A stretch of 63,868 bases of DNA, the filler included, from Phoronis australis (lineage: Eukaryota > Animalia > Phoronida), in NCBI GenBank assembly GCA_002633005.1. It is 7 parts of 7 records of this genome, joined end to end, with 100 filler letters (N's around TTAATTAATTAA, not from the genome) between each part and the next. Parts side by side here need not be neighbours in the genome. Positions count along the whole stretch, not along the records: positions 13,469 to 41,540 come from NMRA01001307.1; positions 41,641 to 47,030 come from NMRA01002345.1; positions 47,131 to 49,932 come from NMRA01001913.1; positions 50,033 to 59,985 come from NMRA01001639.1; 3 more parts are not named here. The stretch is one strand, 5' to 3'. Positions 38,352-52,092 of this stretch are shown piece by piece. The notes below the pieces were generated by a model. That model searched no databases and was not told where the DNA came from. It saw only the letters and a list, made by a program, of their open reading frames with translations. The position numbers and the translations under genes were made by a program. Numbering within the stretch: position 1 is the first letter of the stretch; every line of letters begins with the position of its first letter.

Positions 38352-40636
38352 GTAAGTAAATATAACGTCCTGGACAACCCTGTCATAAGTGATAGCCTAA
38401 TTATGTCAGTGCATATATTTGATTATTAAGTAGACATGGAGAGTGGCAGTTCATTAAGAAACGTCCATGATCGGGCTAGTTTTAAATTTTCTAAATTAAT
38501 TAATATTTCCTTTCATATCACATATTGACTTGCAGGTTTAACCAAATTTCTACTAGGCGGTACTAATTATCATAATTATGGAGCTTAAATGATTATGGAA
38601 ACGTGAGCCCAGTGTGACGAAGTTATAGTTACAAGTCAGTAGTCACACAACACTCAAGGAAACGTTTTGAAACGTAGTCTAACTGACACAATTTAAAAAC
38701 CGACAAATGTTTAGAAAACAAAGCAACAAATATGAATTTTCGTAAAAAAGCTCCATGTTGATTTAGAAATTTGACCCATTTTACACCGAAATAGCTATAA
38801 CGGACTTGAAAGTTTCAAAAATAGCGAGCATGACGTCAATACAATGTGCTGAACTAACTTATCAGGTGACCAATGAAGAAATAAAGGTGCTTTTAGCATA
38901 TATATTGATATCATTATTAGTTTGAAAAAGTTCAGTAAACATCAAGCGCCCAAACGTCATCAGCTATTTAGAATCACAAGTCAAATTTCATGCCTCGGTG
39001 AAATAGGAATGTGTCATCTTTTGTTCTTCTTCAGAAGAAGGTATATGTTTCTAACTTGTCACCGTTGTTGCCGCTAACTACCACTGGTCATAGTCAAANT
39101 AGACTCACGACCGTCTCAGATCGCTACTGTAAGACATCTAGTAATTAAAGAAACACCCTCCAAAAGTTGCAATCAGGGCATGCCAATCCTTATGATCATA
39201 CAAAATGAGAAGGAAATGCACTTCTTTTTTAAGGTTCAGCCTTAATTTAGTTGCTGACTTTACTCATTAAACCATTCAACATGATTTACGAGTCCGTTTT
39301 GCATGGACTTTAAATAACAATTTTATAGTGCTTTTAGGTGAATGGAAATCGTCTTCCCCCACTTAAGTTATGCCAGCGTTTATATTCATGCTCTCGGGGT
39401 TTGGGGTTCTAGACGTGGGTGTGTCCGGTATCCTCTTGAATAAATGGTCATTCATACGTTCAAAACAGTCAATCTTTGCAGATTCAGGCGAGTTCTATGA
39501 GAAAACTGTCGATATCCGTGACCGAAACAGACTGAAACGCACCCCAGACGAGCTTTGTTATTCAACTCGAATGTCAACTTTCCCATAGCATTACTCATAC
39601 CTGCAGTGGACTTGTTCACAAGGGACCATAGAAGCTTTTATACTAAATGGCAGCCACAGAACAAATTTTCCAATAGCCACAAAGGAAACCCCCCGGTTTT
39701 GGCGTTATGACGACTCGTTGTTGTGCACTAACTTGGCAGTTTTGAAGGTAAAATGTAACAAATGCCGAAACACTGAAAAGTACACACAGTTTGAGAAAAA
39801 CAAGGACACTCGTGGACGAAGAGAAATGACATTTTAAAGTGGCATTTATTACTAGTAAGAAAAGAAAATGCCATATTCTTGCTGATTTTATTCCTTTTCT
39901 GACACAAATATCGCACAGACAGTGAATTTGCATCGAACTAAGATTCACTAATTGGGAAGTTCATCAAGTATAATAAAGTTATGCTTATGACAACATTTGT
40001 GCCTATGTTCCCACCATTTACTTTCCTGCTATAAAATGTTGGTTAGCACTCCTGTCCTGTCATATTCAGGACATTCACTCCTTCCGTGGTCACTAACTTG
40101 GATTTTTTTGCCTCTGCTTATTTCAGCCATTAAGGGTTCATGGCGAGTAATTTCCCACTGGAAGAGTAACCTTGATCTTCCATTAAACTTTAGAGTAGGA
40201 GTACTGTTCTAGTTTCCTAAGGTGCCTAAATACCAATTTATTGGTGTTTGTTGTATAGAAAGTTTGAACATTCCGAACTAAATGCGGATACTTGAATTAT
40301 TCACGTGACGACTATGTAGTCACTGTTCATTGGTCGGCCATAGTAAGTAATATAAGTATAAGTATAAACGAACAAACGCATGATACGAAGGAACAAGTAT
40401 CTGGGGCGCGTTCCGTAATGTTAGACACTCGCGAGATTCAACGTGAAATCTTGGCAAATAGACAGAAAATAATGAATTTACTTCCACGATAATTCAACAT
40501 TCCAGCCTCGCCTTCTCATTTCACTGTTAGCCATTTTGCTAGTCTAGCTTTCCACGAACCTTCTTAGAGAAGCCGAGCGTTTATTGATTGCAGACGTGCT
40601 CCAGAGCGGCCTCTAGTGGAGGGCACGCTTCCATTA

Positions 40637-41069
40637 CAGGGGTGGATCCAGGATTTTGAGTTGGGGGGGCAGGGCAGAGTATTAGCCAGGATTTTGCCCG
40701 TCAGACATTCGCACCCCCGAACTGCCAAGTGGAATCTGGGAGAATTTTAGGGGGGGGCATGGCCCCCTTGGTCCCCCTCTAAATCCGCCAGTGGGGCAGG
40801 GCACAGGAAGAACCAGAATTTCGCCACATGCGCGCGCCCAGCCTGAAATGGAGGGATGCACGGTGTCTCGAATTTTTGGGTTTGTGAACCTTATTACTAA
40901 AAAATAACGGTAAACGGGGTTTGTTCAAGGCCTATGCATTGTGCATTCGCCCCCGAGCCCTCCTGCGTGCGCGCATTTGCTAGTCAGCAATTCACACCCC
41001 GAAGTGCCAAATGGTATTTGGGAGGGGGCCATGGCCTCCTTGTTCCCTCCCTCACTAAATCCACCACTG
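40637..41069 (+). mobile_element. Non-autonomous element of the CAGGGGYGGATCCAGGATTTT family, with a possible 5-bp TSD (CATTA)
   Basis: caggggtggatccaggattttg ... aaatccaccactg, with catta on both flanks; inverted relative of 29479-29713. Confidence 0.75.
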
Positions 41070-41540
41070 CATTAGAGACCCAACGTTTATTTATTAGTTG
41101 GCCTAAACCACGATGACAGATATAGAAATCGCATTTACCAATCGTCTGCAACAATGTCGACGTGTCACACTTTTATGGGATATGGCTGAGGCATTTGATA
41201 CTGGAGATTTGACTTTTATTGGACACTCGGCTTCTGTTTGAGACCTGGCATTTATTAATTTCAACGTTTCTCAATCCCGGTTTCAACTAGAGAGGGAGAG
41301 GCTTCTACAGGAAACCCAGCTTCTGTTAGAAACTACGGTTGTTGAGAGACAATTACCTTTCACTTGGCTGTGTCGGATATCGCCAAACTCCCAAGAAATT
41401 TACTTTACGGAACGTACCCCGGAGCTCATTACTGCGCATAGTTTTAGGTGTAGGAGTTAACTTCCGTACAATGCCATTTTCAAAATTTCAGATGATGAAT
41501 TTGAACTCGGACGTATTACCACAATACAGACAGGAAACAC

Positions 41541-41640
41541 NNNNNNNNNNNNNNNNNNNNNNNNNNNNNNNNNNNNNNNNNNNNTTAATTAATTAANNNN
41601 NNNNNNNNNNNNNNNNNNNNNNNNNNNNNNNNNNNNNNNN
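41541..41640. other. Assembly spacer
   Basis: N44-TTAATTAATTAA-N44. Confidence 0.99.
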
Positions 41641-44600
41641 TTCACTGATTTATTTTAGTCCCAACTAGATGCCTTTACAAGTTTATTGGCCCCCAAAACA
41701 GTGCAGCTGATTGATTCTCCACGTCACATTAATACAAATAGTTTCTAGATGATGTCACTAGAAAATACTGTACTGGGCTATTGCAAGCTATTGTAGGTAA
41801 AGAAAACAAACTTAAATCTTTTCAGGTTTAGATTTCCCTTGGAAAACAAGCCCTATTCATTGTAAAATGAGTGTTAAAATGTATCTGATCCACACTGGGT
41901 TGAGTCTCTTTGTAGTACATAGAGGTTATCACTTGTTAAATTGCTCACAATAATTGATATGTCAGCAGCCCCGATTGAATTAGCTATCGGTACTAAATGA
42001 TATCATCACAGTTGGAATTTCTCCTTCAATTCATTTTTATGCAACCATTACGAATAAAGTGCACGTTTGTTTTTGTTTACTTGTATTGAATAGCTGGTTC
42101 CTGTTAAAATAATCCTTTCAAAACAGTTTTCCATCCTTTGCTCACAAAATTTCTAGATGCATAATTATATGATATTTCCATTGTTGTGACACCTCGGTAT
42201 TCTGCTGTCATATACCTAAGTTAATTTATGCACAAAATACTATGAAATAAATAATTAGGATATTGATGTTATTGGTAGTAATATCAATAATAAGCTGATC
42301 AGAAGAAATTGTCATGTAAGGTAAATCAGTTATGACCATTGGTCAGTCAACTGCAAAATATAGATAGGCTGGATGATGTGGAAATGTGTCTACAAGTTTA
42401 GTGAACTCTCTACATTATGTAAGCTTATTTTCCTGCCTGGTTGCCTAGGTATAAAATTACCAGTGCTTTTCAACTATTGCCTTTGATGGAAAGTATTAAA
42501 ATACTCCGTCAAAAACGCTCAGCTGTATTACTTGAAGTTATCTTGTAAATGAAGATGGCAAAATACTTGTGGATTACAGCATTTAGGTGAATTGAGACAT
42601 AAACAGCATATGTCTTTGCCACAATCTTCAATTGACAATTTGACTACCAGAAACAGGTTTTTGGACAGATAGAGTATACTGTAGTAAATTTTGTTTAAAT
42701 GTTGATGGATGGAACAGGATTCAGCAAATGCCACTAGGGATTCTAGAGCGAATTGAATTTTGACAAAATGGTCAGGATCAGTGGTAACATGGTCTTGTAC
42801 AGTGGTCCTTGGTGGTAACCATAGTTGCCATTTTTTACCAGAACCAAACCGTGATGAAGTTCAAATCGTTTTGCATTTTGTGAACCAGGTTTGTCCTCTT
42901 ACTAACAGGCATCAATCTCATTCTTAAAATCCATAAACCGATGTATGTAAATAACTTGCCATTTCATTGGTATGCACCTTAGCTAGGATCGTAAGTTTCA
43001 TGTTCCTACTAAACTCGCATTCTACAAATGCACTGATTTGGCATGGATAAACAGTAATCACAGTGGTATTTTTTTCCTGTTTTTCAAATCTTATGTCATC
43101 AACAGAACCTGTACTTCTTGGTGGTTCAACAGTCTATCTCACAGCTGGGCTTGCACTCTCCTATTTATAGTACAGTCTTTCCATATTTGGCTTGCCTTCT
43201 CAAATGTTCCATTGGTTGTGTGTGTGTTGTGATCTGTCTCTCTCTCTGTTGGAGTAGCAAGCCATCTCTCTCAGGTAAGATACTGGCTAAGTGTACTTGG
43301 TATCTTCATATTTTCTTGAAATTGTTTTAATGTCTCATAATGTGCTTATATATTCTCTTTAAGTTGTTAAAAGCGTTTTGTTGTCTTTTTCTTGGAATTA
43401 GACGGTCTGGTTGTTGGAAAGGCTGACTATCCGAACAGTGGCTTTTTCAATTGGAGCATTCCAAAATTTTGAACATGCATCACAATGAACTACAGAGGTG
43501 TTAGTAGAACCAGTGTTAGTTTGAAAGGAGACTTGGCCATTTGTTCTTTATTTCTTCACTTAGTTCATTATAGTTTGACAGTTAGAATGAGGGGGAGGGG
43601 GGTATAAAATTTTGTACACTTTGTTGTCATTGCTACTTCTGGGTAATGTGGTTGAAACATGTGGATTGTGTTATCTGGCTAGAGGGACAGGTCACTCTAT
43701 TGTTTTGAATAGTTAAAATGATTCACCTGATTACATGGATTAGGCAGAATACACATCAGTGATCTCTAGCTGACTGACTGGCCTTGAATCTTATGGATCT
43801 GAGGTGAATGCACTGCCTAGTTTAGAGCCTGTTGTGTCAGGTTAAATCTTTGCCCTTGCCTGCCCTTGAACTGATGGCAGTAGATTTCCTGCCCTGTTAC
43901 TGCTCCTCTTGCATTGTTGACTTTGCTGTAAATTCAGCAGAAGCAACTCAAGAGCCTTTACCCACTTAGGGGCAATTTTCATGGTTGGCAGTGACCCTGT
44001 AATTTAAGATTGTCAATTTTTTTATGTGGATTACTGACAACTAGGGCAAAATTGCTAGTATGCATTGAGCAAATAAAATGGAAGTTTTTTCTTGTCTTCA
44101 GGTTTCATCTGTCTATCAAATGATGCTGTGCGAGAACTCGATATTCTGGTTTCTTAAAAAATCTTAATGTCATTGTGCCTGGCTGTTTGTCTGTGTCCTG
44201 AATAATTCATAGAATGTTTTAAGTGTGGCAATTACTTACAAGGGGGTTTACTGTGTGGTTGCCTTTGTCGAAGACTAGTTAATTTTTGGAGGAGGCATGT
44301 TACCCTTTTCCCTTCTTTGATAGTTTCTCACAAACCGATGGCATGTTCAACTGAAAGAAAGAAAAACAAAAGCATTGAAAATGAACATAAAATGATTGTG
44401 TCAATCGTAGGTCCTGCTGCCAATGATAAGAAATAAATTTCAGAAAAAAGCCACTTAACTGTTAGGTATGAACAAAAATGATTGTATACCATTAAAAATG
44501 TTCATGCTATTTGTGTTTAATATTCATGGCACTTAACATTCCCTCCCTGTGTTCTTGTTAGGGATTTCTACATCACCATCTCGCTCGATCATAAAGTACT

Positions 44601-46147
44601 TGTGAGCCCCCTTTCTCCCTGAACTTTTGAGCAATGACCTAAGCATGATAAAATTTACCTTGAAAGAGCACTGGTGTTTTTATGACTGTTAATTTCCATA
44701 TTATGTGGGTTGTAAGGAAAGGGTGACCAGGAATTGAAGTGTATCACCAATTTTGTTGTAGAAATTAAAATACAATCTGATAATATGTCCTCAAGAGCGG
44801 GAATTCAGAAATGCGTGAATTTTGATGTCAGGTATTTCAGACAGTATTAACAATCTACATGCCATACACAACACATTTTTTAATGATTTTTCATAATTTG
44901 TTGATTTCTGTTTTTTCAGCTGTTCTTTTTTTACCAGCCATTCTATTTATGTTTTTTAACAGTTCCTATGATGTTTTTGCAAATAATAAATATTTTTACT
45001 CATTTTATTGTGATTGTCACAATTCGCAGTCTTTCCCACTCTTTCACAAGTTTTATACTTAAAAACATCGGGCTTGTATTTCTTCATACCTTTGGCTCAT
45101 TACCAACTGACATTCAAAGATGGACATTGAAGTCGCTCCATCATGTAATCTTCCCTGCTCCATGAACTATTACACTCATACAGTTGAGAATGCTTCCCTT
45201 CATCGCTATGTCTATGGAATGTGAGCTCATTTACCAGCCGCCCTGAAAAACGCCAGGCGTCTTTTTCTTCTCATCTTCCACGTTAAGTTTCTACTCTCTG
45301 AAGGTGTTACAGGTAATCAGGGTGAGCTCTTTACATTTTTCTTTGATGCGTTTCCCCTCAACCCGAACTGGTATGCGTTGATTTTTTTTTTTTTTTCGAT
45401 AGCGTTATCCTTAGCTGCACTCTCAGTGACCAGTGTAGTTTATGTATCCTTTACCCTGGTTCATCGCGACACAGAAAAACATAATGTGTTTGAAAGTGTC
45501 CTGTGATAGGTTTGAACTTGTGCTTCTAAATATGTCTTAAATGCTGTGGTGAACTTTGTAGAGTGGCTGCCCCTTGAGCACTGTTTGGCATTTGTTATTG
45601 CTTTGTACTTAAGAAGCAATCATGAATTAGCAAAGAATTATGTCTTGGATATTGCATAACGTGGTTGCAATTTGTTTGTCAAAGACCTTTGTCGTAGTTT
45701 TTGCAAATATTCATTGGTAGAAACTTCAGAAAGTTTGCACATTAACTTCTTCTCTGTTTAACCTTCAGACTCCAATTAATCCAGAAGTTGTAGAAATTTT
45801 TAGCATGTTTTGTAAAATGGAACACTTTTGATGGAAATTTTGAACTGACACTTTTGATTTGAACTTGATCACCTGAAACAAATCCAAGGAACTCACTCCG
45901 ACTAGAATTCATTTAACCATTTCAAACAATTCCATCTCAACTTCCATTGTATTAGAATTGTTCCATAGTCTGCCTGCCATTGTACTATTAAGGGCATTAA
46001 GTCCTGTTGTATTTGTCCTGCTATTAAATTTTCAGGAACCATAGTGAGCGTATTGCATGTTGTCTAATGGTAAATGTCTTGGCCAGTTCAGGTAGGCTTA
46101 AAATTTAGTCAAGTAAAGGTAAGAGAATTTAAGGCCTTGGTTTCCCT

Positions 46148-46345
46148 TGTGTTGTGGTGGAAGAGTTTGATCCAGAATCCAAGGTGAGATTAGAGCATAT
46201 ATTCCTAAGTACCTTGGATCATTGTGTCTCCAGTATCATTGAAATCTTTATGTTGTGGTGGTAGAGTTTGATCCAGAATCCAAGATGAGGTAAGACAATG
46301 TGTTCCTTGATATACCTTGGATCATTTTACTCTAGTATCATTGCA
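46148..46345. repeat. Diverged ~100-bp tandem duplication
   Basis: tgttgtggtggWagagtttgatccagaatccaag...taccttggatcatt...ctcYagtatcattg occurs twice. Confidence 0.75.
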
Positions 46346-47030
46346 TTTTATTACAGCGATAGAGTTTGATACATTACTGCAGCCAGAAGAACGAGAGTGC
46401 ACATGTCCTCAAGTATCATTTTTTAAGTTGCGCCATTAACCTCCAGCTGTTGTTGCAATTTGTTGACTTTTTGTAAGTAATATCCATTCCTTCATTGTGG
46501 AGCCATTTTACATCTTGCAGCTTTTTGTTCAACTACATTGTCAGTCATTTCATGTGTAAGTATGGGAATGATAACTGGATTAAATTAGAAATTTAAATTT
46601 ATTCATTTATGTACATCAGTATAGTTTGGTAGTAACCCTTCGTATATACCTTTACCGTATACTACCAAGTTATGATTTTTATCTTTGATCATAGAATAAT
46701 TGAAATGATATAGTGTCAAGTTGAATCGAGAAACTAGTCACTGAAATCCATCTCACTGGACTGGATTGAATTGATCCGCCACCCTGCAACATGGGAATGT
46801 AGGCTCGAACTATGGGTCAAGTTGAGTACAACAGAAATGCCCAGGCTTCGGAACTGGAGTTTGATTGAGGGTTAGAATTCAGATGTTGTATGTGAGACTC
46901 AGAGGTACATTTAGGAGATGCTATCCTCTATGGAAGTGCACTGTTTCATTGGGGGGGGGGGTGATTTCTATGGAAATTCATGACGTGAGAGCTACAGACT
47001 TGGTAGGCACGCACCGGGACTCGCTGCACC

Positions 47031-47130
47031 NNNNNNNNNNNNNNNNNNNNNNNNNNNNNNNNNNNNNNNNNNNNTTAATTAATTAANNNNNNNNNNNNNN
47101 NNNNNNNNNNNNNNNNNNNNNNNNNNNNNN
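47031..47130. other. Assembly spacer
   Basis: N44-TTAATTAATTAA-N44. Confidence 0.99.
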
Positions 47131-47502
47131 TAGGCAACCAAACACCTGCTAATGATTGACAGATTTTCGAACTGAATACTTTGAACTTAGTTTGAACAAT
47201 GTAACATTTTATATACATTGTATATTTCTTTTTTATTTCAAACCTAAAACCTGCACTTGTTCAAAGCACGCACTCAATAATCGGACATATTACTATTATG
47301 CATAGGGGTGCTCCGTGGGCTGCCAAACTAATGAAGCAAACACAAATCATGTAAAGTCACCAGGCAAATCAAAAGTTCAAAGAATAAGTTTTTGACCAGG
47401 TGGATGTGGACAGAATGTTTGACTTGCGCTTAATGACAAGTTAATTTCTTGTGCTGTTGCTTTTGGTTGGGCGCTTCCATTTTGGTGTCAGGAGTGCGAA
47501 AG
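47131..47502 (-). repeat. Interspersed repeat; inverted homolog of ~51245-51596 inside the 50790-52092 element
   Basis: taggcaaccaaac..., aatgtaacattttatatacattgt, gtggacagaatgtttgacttg and ggttgggcgcttccattttggtgtcaggagtg all have reverse-complement matches at 51245-51596. Confidence 0.8.
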
Positions 47503-47620
47503 AGTGCAGTGCAATAAAACTACTTTTGTGTCAGATTTTATCTGGTCAGTCACATTGGCGCTGTAGCTGTAGCCTATATTACTACATTGCATGTAGCTTT
47601 GCGCCAAGACAACGTCTTGC

Positions 47621-48269
47621 CAGGCCTTTATGCAGCCTACGTCTTGGGCGTCCAAATGGACGCCCTAGCACTAATATGGATGCCTTGGCAAGGACACCCA
47701 ATGTATCATTTGGACACCCACTATCAATAGGAATCTTTCAAGTTTGGACACACACATTGTAATGATTACTAGGAAGCCTATGAAGACTCACAGTAGTGGC
47801 TTTTTTCAAAGCAGGAAGACATATACAATGTATATACAAAGTTTATACAATGTTGCTATGCTCACAGTGGTTGATAGCATTGGAAAGTCTTGGTCTACAC
47901 AGTTTTTTTAGTAAAAATGCTCACTACAGAAGGCTGTTTTGTAAAAAATCTGTGTGTTTGGGGGGAATGCACATATACAATGTAATATACAAAGTATATA
48001 CAATGTTGCTATGCTCACACTTGGTTGATAGCATTGGAAAGTCTTGGTCTACACAGTTTTTTTTTTAGTAAAAATGCTCACTACAGAAGGCTGTTTTGTA
48101 AACTTAGATGTAAAAACCTTGGTCTATGCATCATTTTTTTGTAAAAAAATCTGTGTGTTTGGGGGGGATTGCTGGGGATAGGGGGTTACGCATCTGAATC
48201 ATGGACGCCCTGGAATATTGGGAACCCCATTTTGGACACCCTATTTTTGAAATCCTGGATAAAGGCCTG
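47621..48269. mobile_element. hAT-like non-autonomous element containing a ~150-bp internal tandem duplication (~47819-48100)
   Basis: Termini caggcctttatgcag and ctggataaaggcctg, with subterminal ggacRccc repeats; no clear TSD. Confidence 0.55.
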
Positions 48270-49932
48270 CAACAAGTTAACGTTCCTAAATACTGATCAT
48301 TAAACTAAAGGCTGATTTGAGTTCATTGATTTCTATTGACAGGAAGATAAACCACCAGCCAACTTGGTTATCCTTCCAGTGGCATGATGGTGGTCCTTGT
48401 TTATTGAACACTATGGAGTGTGATTTTGGCTTGACCTTAAATTATTGCTTGACAGGTTTTCAAACTATCAATTAAAGGCATAATAAATCTTGGCTTTTCA
48501 AACACCACACTGTACACATTATCTTGTACAAGCATTCTTTCCAGTGAAAATTATGAATCAGTATACAAGCATTTACACATTCCTTTTTCTTACAATTAAT
48601 GTACCGAAATTAAAAAAATTAAACTTTTTGTCACCACAGGTACATATCTGAAGTGTTTTCAATGATTTTCTCTCAGGCTGATGATGACTGCCATGTCTAA
48701 ATCACCCCTTGACAGAAAACAGGCCATTTCTCAGGCAATGTTTATTTTTTGCTAAAACCATCAATACCAGGTTCTTGTCAACTGATAATGACTTACCAAA
48801 TCCTTCAAACCACAAACAACAACCCACTTAGGTGGTCTGAATGAAGGAGATGTAAAAATTAACATTCTTTTTACCTTGTCAGCTGATTCCTCACCAGAGA
48901 TCACAGCTGGAGGTCACAGGTTTATAAGTTGTTGGGAAGTCATTAGACAAATGTTTGACAAAGGATAAGTGAAAACACAGCCACTTCCTGAACTTTGGAT
49001 AAAGAAACCAGCCAAGACTGTAAACAATCTGTTTTTGAAAAGTTGGATTAATGGAGTACAGAACTTGTTTTTTAGCAAACATTTTCTTTCATGACGAGTT
49101 TAAGCAAATGATATTTTTAATTGCCAGTTACAAGTAAGTATTTAATTATTTAGCACAAAAATAGACAGCTCACATTATTCTATTTTTCAACTGTTGGGTA
49201 CTTTACAAAAATGCCAACATAATGATCTATTCATACTGAATATTCTGTTTCGTTGACATTCAGAACTCACAGGCCTGAGTTTGCCCACACAGTCACTTTT
49301 TCCTTTCTCCAAAACACCACTTCTTTAGCAAGCATACCGTCCTGTCAAGCCAATTGTGTTATTTTAAGTCTCAATCCTTGAGGACACCACTAATTGAAAG
49401 TGAAATCAGATCTCAAGTAGATGGCAGGGTTTCCAAACAGATGAAACCATACACTATCCTTAGGTTAGTTAGCTGTATCATATGGTGCTTTTAGAAACTG
49501 GGGGAATTGAGGATGGCAAATAACGGCTATTTCAAGACTTACTACCCACTGTGCTGAAAACCCGTTACTTTTGGCAAGTAACTTGACTGATTAATGAACG
49601 ACAACACGGATTGGAAACTAGCACCAAAAAAAAAACAAGATTTCATCAACTAAGAGAGGAAATTGTCTTGGTCATGTGAACCTTAGTTCACCTGGTGCTA
49701 CGGTAAAGTCGCGTGATTTTCGGACACTGAAAATTAATTCCAATAGAAAAAATTCATTCTTGGACGAATCTCGCGAAACATCATTTCTGTGGTGTCCGAA
49801 TTTGGCGGACCTCCAAATTTGGGTTTCCGCTGGTGTCCGAATTTCGTGAGTGTACATTATTTCGATGAGCGGTCGTAGTATCAACATTGCTGGCTCGTTC
49901 ATTTGATAGCAGTACAATTGCAGGTAAATGGT

Positions 49933-50032
49933 NNNNNNNNNNNNNNNNNNNNNNNNNNNNNNNNNNNNNNNNNNNNTTAATTAATTAANNNNNNNNNNNN
50001 NNNNNNNNNNNNNNNNNNNNNNNNNNNNNNNN
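49933..50032. other. Assembly spacer
   Basis: N44-TTAATTAATTAA-N44. Confidence 0.99.
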
Positions 50033-50789
50033 TGAAAAGACGATTATATAAAAACAAAAAAATGTATTGGATGTGGTGATAAGTAGTGACAGAATCTTTT
50101 GTAGTGCTTGTGTTGATAGTGTTAAAAGCAATTATATCGAAAAGGAAACCCTTTGAATTGATGGTAACTTGAATGTCAAACATAAAATCAAGAAAGATCT
50201 GGCAGTATAAACTACAATATTGTATATTTGGAAGGATTACTCATTCATTGCATGTTTTAACAAACAAATGGCAGATAACAAATTGTTCACAATGTCGGAT
50301 ATTAAAATTATCAATAAGTGTTCTGTAACAATTCTCATTTTCTATTATGTTCTTTGGGTGCTTAGAAAAATTAGTTAATCAAAGGTGTGCGATTTATGTA
50401 GTTTCAATAAAATTGATATTTGCATGTTAATTGTCTATTGATTACTAATTTTCAAACAGTAAAACATCACAATGAATATTTACATTCAATACCAGTTTAG
50501 TCATGATTTGAGAACATTTTAAACAAGACAGCATGCAAGCTGCCATCACTAAACACAACACCAACACAAAGTACCACTAATGATCCCTGAATCTTGAATG
50601 ATACAGCGTAACTAGATTGACCATGAACACAATAGGAGGGACCAAGGTGTAAAACTGCTGTTGTCCACGAAATGACAGTGGGGGACACCTAATGTGGGGG
50701 ACACCTAATAGCAAAGAACAGATTGAGGAAGTAGATACGGTAAAGTTAGAATAAAAATTGTTCAGTTTGAGACAACAATAATTCCTAAA

Positions 50790-52092
50790 TACCGTACTCG
50801 TCCGAGTTACGGCCCATGCTCGGCTTACCGTCCACCCCCGAAAATTTCAATTTTTCATTTTAAGCGTCCATGCTCGGATTATTGCCCACCCTCAATCCCC
50901 GAGACTACTGTAAAAGTATCTGTGCTTCTGTGAATGTTCGTCGCACAAAATTTAGATTCCGAAACGTGAGAAGGAGACACAATTGTTTCTTTTAGCACAA
51001 GCGCGGAACTCGTGTCGGCATGTATAGATCTCTGAGACAGCGCTTGTTGAATGCATTTCATTTTCTGTGAAACCAGCAAAGACAGGGATTTCACGTCCGT
51101 GACCAACCTTTCTGTGATTCCCTGTGACAGTACACGAAACATAAGCACCTTGAGCATTGAAACAAGAAAAGACATGGTCCATTGTGTCAAGCCAACTTGT
51201 GTCGCTGTTCCCGTTTTGGTTAAGCTCATGACGGTTTTTAATGACTTTCACTCCTGACACCAAAATGGAAGCGCCCAACCAAAGGCAAGAGCGCAAAAAT
51301 TAACTTATCATTAACCCCCAAGTCGAACATTCTGTCCACATTACATGTGGTCAAAAACTTATTTTGTTGAACTTTTGATTTGCATGATGACTTTTACAAG
51401 ATGTGTTTTTGCTTCATTATTTTGGCAGCCCTATTGTCTAATAGTAGTATCGTACGATTGTTGAGCAAGTGCTTTGAACAGCGGTGGTGTTGGCTTTGAA
51501 CTCAAAAAGAAACATACAATGTATATAAAATGTTACATTGTTGAAAGTGTTCAATAGGAAGACCTGTCAATCATTAGCACGCGTTTGGTTGCCTAAGTTC
51601 AAAGTATTCAGTAACAAGACCTCTCAATCACTAGCACGTGCTTGGTTGCCTAAGCGTCCAGCAGGAAGCAAATCTTTACACAATCAAGTGCTTCCCTTAA
51701 AAATACACCGCGAACTAGCAGACACTTGTGTCATCTGTCTTTTCTCTCAAGAAACTTGCCCTACTGAACGCATAGTTCTAAGAGATGACCAGCAGCGACT
51801 GAGGTACGTAAAAACCTAATCATGCTCAGGATCACGACGCCACTGTATTGTGTGCGCAGGCCATCGAAGTCCGTTACTTCAATCCCTCGACCTATAGTTT
51901 AACTAGTATGCTTGAAGTCCGACGTCAGTGTAGCTCCGTCAGGGTAAAATCGATCCTCCGTGCAGTAAGCAACAACTCCTGACTTTTCAAAAATTTCGAT
52001 TTTAACCGCCCATGCTCGGCTTACCGCCCACCCCATGTTTTTTAAGATTCCCAATTTAAGCGCCCTGGGCGGTAACGCGGATGAGTACGGTA
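50790..52092. mobile_element. Tc1/pogo-like non-autonomous element with TA TSD (coordinates include the TA)
   Basis: ta-ccgtactcgtccgagttacggccca and tgggcggtaacgcggatgagtacgg-ta; subterminal ccatgctcggcttaccgYccacc repeats at both ends. Confidence 0.75.

Noticed and set aside
38352-38359. Stop immediately after eag exon 2, suggesting a PAS-only isoform
   Set aside because: GTAAGTAA donors routinely contain stops; no evidence of intron retention or nearby polyadenylation.
42530-43500. Possible decayed LINE ORF1-like sequence on the minus strand
   Set aside because: Only faint resemblance, many stops, and no endonuclease or RT motifs found.
46148-46250. tRNA/SINE-like head
   Set aside because: A weak A-box-like start but no B-box (GTTCRA) or cloverleaf.
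48796-48835. Possible minus-strand micro-exon (ttcattcag...gtaagt, PPKWVVVCGLKDL)
   Set aside because: Good-looking splice sites, but no partner exons or protein similarity; the nearest upstream donor would give an implausible ~38-nt intron.
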